A stretch of DNA of 56,347 nucleotides, filler included, from Stramenopiles sp. TOSAG23-3 (taxonomy: Eukaryota): assembly GCA_900128585.1 (NCBI GenBank). It is 4 parts of 4 records of this genome, joined end to end, with 100 filler letters (N's around TTAATTAATTAA, not from the genome) between each part and the next. Parts side by side here need not be neighbours in the genome. Positions count along the whole stretch, not along the records: positions 26,094 to 52,028 come from LT642281.1; positions 52,129 to 54,188 come from LT645119.1; positions 54,289 to 56,347 come from LT645120.1; 1 more part is not named here. One strand, written 5' to 3'. A program made the translations under genes and the position numbers. Of the stretch, positions 50,764 through 56,347 are shown one piece after another (positions within the stretch are counted from its first letter, which is position 1; each line of letters opens with the position of its first letter). The notes beneath the pieces are model-generated. The model saw only the letters and a list, made by a program, of their open reading frames with translations, did not search any database and had not been told where the DNA came from.

Positions 50764-51161
50764 CCCTGTCGTGTATAACCAACGTATCCGTACAATCTGT
50801 ATTCTTAAACAACCTGTTTTTGTTGTGTACACTCTACGTAATAATTTTTTCAAGAGTTATCAAACAGCCCCCGCCGGTCATCAGTCAATTGATAAATAGT
50901 AATAAATCTAGTACAGCATTCAACACAATGTACGCGGTAGGGTAGTATGTTAAATTAATTATGACGCATTCCCTCTCTCTCTCTCTTTCAAAGCCTGTGG
51001 GGCGTGCATTTCTAATATTGAAAAGCAAAACGGCGCGATTGCGCCCCCAAAAACCAATAATTCCTCAGCTCCTCAGCTTAATTGCTGACTAGCTACGTAC
51101 ATAGATCGATCGATTCAGCCGACGGCAAGACGCGCCTCGCCAGAGCGCCCCCCCTCGTTCT

Positions 51162-51395
51162 TTACCGGTTCGACAGACTCTTGATAACCGTCTGCAAAAC
51201 TGCTTGGTGCTTGTCATAGCACATGGCCAGACACGTCTCTTCACGTTTACTAAGAGTAGACGATGGGCTAGTGACACATTTGTCGAAACACAGCTTGGAG
51301 GTTTGTTGCAGCATTTGTTGCATAGACTGTTGCGCCAACGTCATCTTTGCCTGTTGAAGGGCTTGCTGTTGTTGTTCTGGGGTAAACTTATCCAT
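51162..51395 (-). CDS. TIM13: Small Tim chaperone (Tim13-like)
   Basis: Twin CX3C: CFDKC...CLAMC; 77 aa. Confidence 0.8.
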   Translation of the reverse strand: MDKFTPEQQQQALQQAKMTLAQQSMQQMLQQTSKLCFDKCVTSPSSTLSKREETCLAMCYDKHQAVLQTVIKSLSNR

Positions 51396-52028
51396 TCTCA
51401 AAACAAAACAAAAGAGAAAAATGTGATGTATAAACACGTAGATATACAATGGACGATAGGAAAACAATAAACGAAGAAAGAACGGAAGGATATTTTGAAA
51501 TGAACAAACATGCACAAACAATAAAAAAAAAGGTTGCCTTTTCTGTTTTTTGTTTGTGTTGTGATATATAAATGAACCTTCGCTGCTTCTTTCTTCTCTT
51601 CTTTCTTCTTCTTCTTTCTTCTTTCTTCTTTCTTCTTTCTTCTTTCTTCTTTTTTTGTTTGTTGAGAAGAATAAAAAGAAGTGTGATGAAAAGTGGATGG
51701 TTTAGAAGAAGAAAAGGGACATATATAATTAAGGTAATATATATAATGATTATAAAATGATGTTTAATGTCTCTCTTTAAACATATAATAAATAAAACCC
51801 TTTCAGACATAAATACTTAATTATGTTTCAATATACCTTAATTATAACGACGGGAGACTTTGAGATGATGATGGGACGAAAGAATGTTTATAATCTAAAA
51901 TATAATTATACCTATATATATATATACTTATAAAGAAGCGACGGAGAAAAAAAGAAAAAGAAGCGATCCTTCTCTTCTTCTTCTTCTTTCTTCTTTCTTC
52001 ATCTTCTTCTTCTTTCTTCTTCTTCTTC

Positions 52029-52128
52029 NNNNNNNNNNNNNNNNNNNNNNNNNNNNNNNNNNNNNNNNNNNNTTAATTAATTAANNNNNNNNNNNNNNNN
52101 NNNNNNNNNNNNNNNNNNNNNNNNNNNN
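52029..52128. other. Artificial contig linker
   Basis: N44-TTAATTAATTAA-N44. Confidence 0.97.
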
Positions 52129-52320
52129 TTTCAAAGCAGCGGCGTAATTGTTTTAGAGGTGCTCGTTGTCTGCCATGTAAATCGGTTAAGGGATTGTCAT
52201 TTGTGAGATAGGGTGTCGGGGGAGGGTCGTTTGTGCCATTTTCGGTCGGCGGTACGGTGTTTTTTATTTTATTGTCTCTCTTTTTTTTAAATTTAGATGA
52301 CTGAATTCAGTTTTATTCTT

Positions 52321-54188
52321 TTACTTTTTAGACGATTGTTTGCGTGCTGTCTGCGATTTCTGCAGTTGTGGCAAAACACCGGTGCCTCCGTTTTTCCGAC
52401 TCTCGCGTATAGCAGTTGTCGTCATGTCGTTCTGTCGTGCTGCGTACGGGTTTATGGTTCGAAGGTACGCACTGTGACTCTTTTCCCAACTGCGCACACT
52501 CTTCGCTAAAGCTTTTTTTGCTTGGGTTTCTTCGTACTCGCGCTCGCCAATTTCTTTTTTGCGGCGCGATAAATCTCGCTTTTCTATCTCGTCGCGATCT
52601 GCCGCGGCGCGCACTAGTTTCTTTTTATTTGACACCCGCTGTTTGTTCTCGCCCGCTATTGTCTTTTCCCAAACCTTCTGCTCAATTTTTTTACTGAATT
52701 GACGTGCTGCCGCCTCTCGCGATTTTCCATTCAACAGTTCTTCAAACTTCTTCTCTTCGACCATAGATGCTGCGGCTCCCAAAAACATTCTTTGCTTGGC
52801 AACCTTTTCTTCCGCTTCTGCCAAATCATTTATTTCTTTGTCCCGGGCCGCACGGGTGGCTTCAATCTTGACAACGACTTCTTTCATGGCTTTGTCGCTT
52901 ATTTCTCGTTCCCTAGCTTTCTTGTCTTTTTCTGCCTGCAAATATTGCTTTCTTTGTATTCTGGCTTCCTTGTGCGCCAGTTTACGAACACGCCGTATAT
53001 TGTCTATCCTTGCTTTCAGCTTTGCCTCCTTCTTTTGCTTCACTAACATTATTTTTTGCCTTTTTTCGACCACTTCCTCTTCTTCTCTGGCATGCCCCAT
53101 TCTCAGCCGCTCTTTTAGCTCCACAAGGGACATTTCTTCCAGCAGGCCAATTCCACTGCTCTCGGTTGGATCAAAATGCTTTGCCCTCAGTTTTGGAACT
53201 CGTTCAATTGCACGAATTTGCCTAATTAAGTCGTTTCTGCGGTCTTGTTCAATTTTGTCTTCTTCTTGTTTCCGTGCAATGCGATCTGCTATGTCTATTT
53301 TTATGGCTACTCGTTTTTTTTGGTTCGCCGCATATACTTTCTTCACTGCTATCTGAGGATTGGCATCCCTGACCTTACGTATTTCCGCGGCCATGCGACG
53401 ATTTCGTAAAACAATTGCCTCCGCCTCCTTCTCGTTCTTTTTCAGTGCTTTGTCCAGTTCCACCTTCATGCGTGCAGCAGTCAGCTTCTTTTTTGCCAAG
53501 TTTTGTGCAATGCATTCCGCTGCGCGAACGTGCGAGGCCTCCACCTCCAGACGTACTTGCTCTACCCTTTTCAACTTTTTTGCTTCGTCGATCTTTTCTC
53601 CTTCGGCTCTCCACCGAAAATAGTCAGTGGAATCCCGAAGTTCAGTTTCATATTTCTGCAGAGCTGCAGCTTCTTTCGCCTGCTTCTTTTTATAAAGGGC
53701 ATCTTCTCTTAAAATGGACGACGCCGTGTACTTAATCTGCGCCGTTGTTTGGAAAACAGGTACAGGTTTTGCTTTAAATTGCACACGGCAGGGAGCCATG
53801 CGTTCTTCTTCGACTTCAAGGCGTAATTGTTGGACTGTACTCTTCGTTTCGTTTAATTTTGGTTCACGTTTTATGTTTTCATACTTCGCGTATGTTTTTC
53901 GGTGGGACTCTGCTTTTCGCTTCCTGTCCTCTTCTTCGATTTGTGCAAGAGAGGTCTTGTTCAACAAGCGGTGTGGTACTGGTTTGGCTTTGATCCCTTG
54001 TTCGATCTTCATCGGCTCGGATACTTTCCGGGGCCTCGGCGTATTTAACTTAAAGGGCGCAAATTTGGTCGGGCCTTTGCCTTTGAACGCATTGACTTTG
54101 TCTTCTTCTTTTTTGGCTTTTGCTGCCGCTATGCCATATGCCTTCATCCTCAAATCATCCATCAAAACAGCTGCCTCTGAGAAGAATT
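52321..54188 (-). CDS. CFAP99: Cilia- and flagella-associated protein 99-like; 5' end lost in gap
   Basis: TASSILREDALYKKKQ..YETELRD, LIRQIRAIE and FDPTESSGIGLLEEMSLVELKERL blocks; coiled coil; the frame stays open to the gap. Confidence 0.78.
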
Positions 54189-54288
54189 NNNNNNNNNNNN
54201 NNNNNNNNNNNNNNNNNNNNNNNNNNNNNNNNTTAATTAATTAANNNNNNNNNNNNNNNNNNNNNNNNNNNNNNNNNNNNNNNNNNNN
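54189..54288. other. Artificial contig linker
   Basis: N44-TTAATTAATTAA-N44. Confidence 0.97.
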
Positions 54289-54290
54289 GA

Positions 54291-54590
54291 CATGGTGAGA
54301 AAATAAGAGAGCTGGAAAATAAACTGAAACAACAGAATGAGGCAGCAAACGTGCGAAAGAAAAGTCTTCAAGATCAAGGCACAAAAATGGACAGCTTAGA
54401 ACGAAAACTTTTTAATTTAGAGCGGGGCTCAATACAGAAGAAACCCCAAGCGTATAAAACTCAAGTTTATGGGTACAAGAAACAAGGTTACAGTTACAAA
54501 AGGAAAACATATGTCTACAAAAAGCAAACATATGTCTACAAAAAGCAAGCGTATGGCTACAAAAAGCAAGCGTATTTCTACCGTATTTGA
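54291..54590 (+). CDS. 3' fragment of a coiled-coil protein ending in YxYKKQ heptad repeats
   Basis: Frame open from the gap: HGEKIRELENKLKQQ...VYGYKKQ GYSYKRK TYVYKKQ TYVYKKQ AYGYKKQ AYFYRI*. Confidence 0.5.
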   Translation, partial: HGEKIRELENKLKQQNEAANVRKKSLQDQGTKMDSLERKLFNLERGSIQKKPQAYKTQVYGYKKQGYSYKRKTYVYKKQTYVYKKQAYGYKKQAYFYRI

Positions 54591-54747
54591 AAAAAAACTA
54601 ATGACGTTTTTGAATATCATATTTCGAGACGAGACGATTCAAGAGCTAGTGTAGCGTGTAACTTGAGCCTTTATATTTTTGTCAAAACAGTCAAAGAGTC
54701 AAGAAGTTAAATTCAGAGTTTAAAGATTTATTAAAGTGCTAACCAGT

Positions 54748-54802
54748 AGAGTTCAGTTCGCAGTACATTTAATTTTAAATTACTTAAATTTTCTTGTTTT
54801 TA
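54748..54802. repeat. Copy of the dispersed gene-3'-end repeat family
   Basis: AGAGTTCAGTTCGCAGTA is identical to 21493-21510; followed by TACTTAAATTTTCTTGTTTTTA. Confidence 0.7.
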
Positions 54803-55002
54803 AAGTGCTTAACTTACAAAGTAGGTCGTAATTTCTAGATTTTTACGATTATTTTCGTATAGAGGCGTTTCCCTGGGTCTTTCTCTCTCTCCAATTATTT
54901 AATGTTACTGCTGCGCGCAGTCTCGCATTCTCTAGGTATATCTCAAGATTTATAAATTCATATTAAAGAGAAAAAACTTTTAAAGCTTTACTTCCTACTT
55001 CT

Positions 55003-56346
55003 TCATAGTTTTGCTTTCTCTAAAATTTCGTTTTGCTTCCGCGAGTTCAGATTTTTCAACAACATAAATGACGTTAGAGAGTGTCTAATTTTTTTGTTAA
55101 CAACCTTGTCCTGAGTGTCTAAGTGTTCAAAATATGACACAAACTCGCCGCAAAAAGTTCCCAGCAAAATAGAGCCAAGCAATGCGATCGTAATATTGTA
55201 TACAGTCTCAACATTGTTCACGGGTCGGATGTCGCCGTAGCCGCAAGTACTCAAAACGACTATTGTGAAGTAAAACCCACGATAATATATTGCCCACCCG
55301 TCGTCATACCCATTGTGCATACCTAGAGACGGACTGTACGAAGACAGACCGTCACGAATTGCCCACGTGTCGGGCAAATTCCATTCCACGTAACGGTGAA
55401 TAAAAATCCAAATGCATGTTAGCATGTGGTTGATTACGAACAAAGCCCCGAGGAGCTTGGGGACCATTTTGGCGCGGACAAGTATTCTTCTCACCCTAAC
55501 ATCGTTTAGGCGAAAACATTTGTTTAGTCTCAAAAGTGAGATCCACAGCGACCAGTTACCAGTGCTTCCAACGAAAAACGCTGCAATAATGTCCAAGGGG
55601 ATGGACGCTAGCACTTTATACAACTCCACCCCTCCCCACTTTTCTTCCAGTCCGTGATTCTTTTTCTCCCGTACGTAAATATATAGGTCTGTGAGCAAAA
55701 AGATGTCACAAACCCAGTCAAAAAAGAAGGTCCAGACTTCGAATGTGATGGCGATTCTTAATGGGATCACGATTAAATTGTACAAGGACACAAATGTCAA
55801 GCAGTGAGACCACCACGTCCTGCCAATTACCGAAACGGACGTATTTTTTCGGAGAAGCCTGTCCGACTTTTTTCTGTTTCGAGCAGCGACAAGCGACACA
55901 ATGCTTCCGATAACAACTGCATTAATGCACAGCCCAAACAAAATTACCAACGCAACGAAAATGGTCTCAAAGACAGTGACTGGGGTTGCATCCCCAATGA
56001 CGACTACCACAAGCGTTGGAATTGCCCAGTTCAACGATCTGACATAATGCGTAAACGTGTCCCCTCCCGACCAAGGAAGCAAACCGTCGACCATTTGAAG
56101 CTCCATCCATGTACCTTTCCATTCGCACGTTGTACCCCCTGTTGTGTTGTATCCCATGCAAATAAAATGACGCTCTCCGTGCTGGTAGCGGGCAATAAAA
56201 TAGAATATACACGCACATATGTGCCCGACGAGAAGAATCAGAGTAAGTAAATTCAGCCCGGTGACCTGCTTTCCAAACCTGTAACGTCGGCACAAGAGCA
56301 CTTTATTGAGGCGGCACAAGGAGAGGCACATGGAGTAATAATATTT
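55003..56346 (-). CDS. KCNH/CNG-like cation channel with tandem 6TM repeats; 5' part outside the window
   Basis: Frame open to the window edge. First repeat S4-S6 with pore WAIPTLVVVVIGDATP; second repeat S1-S6 with FTIVVLSTCGYGDIRP. Confidence 0.8.
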   Translation of the reverse strand, partial: KYYYSMCLSLCRLNKVLLCRRYRFGKQVTGLNLLTLILLVGHICACIFYFIARYQHGERHFICMGYNTTGGTTCEWKGTWMELQMVDGLLPWSGGDTFTHYVRSLNWAIPTLVVVVIGDATPVTVFETIFVALVILFGLCINAVVIGSIVSLVAARNRKKSDRLLRKNTSVSVIGRTWWSHCLTFVSLYNLIVIPLRIAITFEVWTFFFDWVCDIFLLTDLYIYVREKKNHGLEEKWGGVELYKVLASIPLDIIAAFFVGSTGNWSLWISLLRLNKCFRLNDVRVRRILVRAKMVPKLLGALFVINHMLTCIWIFIHRYVEWNLPDTWAIRDGLSSYSPSLGMHNGYDDGWAIYYRGFYFTIVVLSTCGYGDIRPVNNVETVYNITIALLGSILLGTFCGEFVSYFEHLDTQDKVVNKKIRHSLTSFMLLKNLNSRKQNEILEKAKL

Positions 56347-56347
56347 C

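Noticed and set aside
25994-54288. TTAATTAATTAA palindromes at 26038, 52073 and 54233 as biological sites
   Set aside because: Each sits between exactly 44 N on both sides: an artificial all-frame-stop linker.
1-56347. tRNA/rRNA genes, a non-standard genetic code, or a prokaryotic operon or defence system
   Set aside because: No cloverleaf or rRNA-like segment seen by eye; TAA, TAG and TGA all end conserved proteins at expected positions; gene content is eukaryotic.

Overview
Eukaryotic nuclear DNA from a compact, apparently intron-free genome of a flagellated protist (CFAP99-like and CFAP97-like genes, RGS, PDI with HDEL, LSM8, ATP11, small Tim). A stramenopile-type heterotroph is my guess, not demonstrated. 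About 28 single-exon genes are separated by very AT-rich, GAA/AAAG-microsatellite-rich spacers. Three artificial 100-bp linkers (N44-TTAATTAATTAA-N44) split the window into four contigs, so adjacency across them is unproven. Most interesting: (1) a histone H2A fold fused to a degenerate deoxynucleoside-kinase-like P-loop domain; (2) a voltage-sensor/HAMP/class III cyclase with guanylyl-cyclase-type specificity residues, tail-to-tail with a kinase-less multi-cNMP-binding protein that carries cGMP-type RT motifs; (3) a processive GT2 synthase fused to a sulfotransferase; (4) a GT-A-like/PhyH dioxygenase fusion; (5) a 2.4-kb element with 56-bp terminal inverted repeats that carries helicase and Harbinger-transposase fragments; (6) an unannotated tyrosine-recombinase relic; (7) a dispersed repeat family found at gene 3' ends. 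All family calls come from motif recognition by eye; no database search was run.
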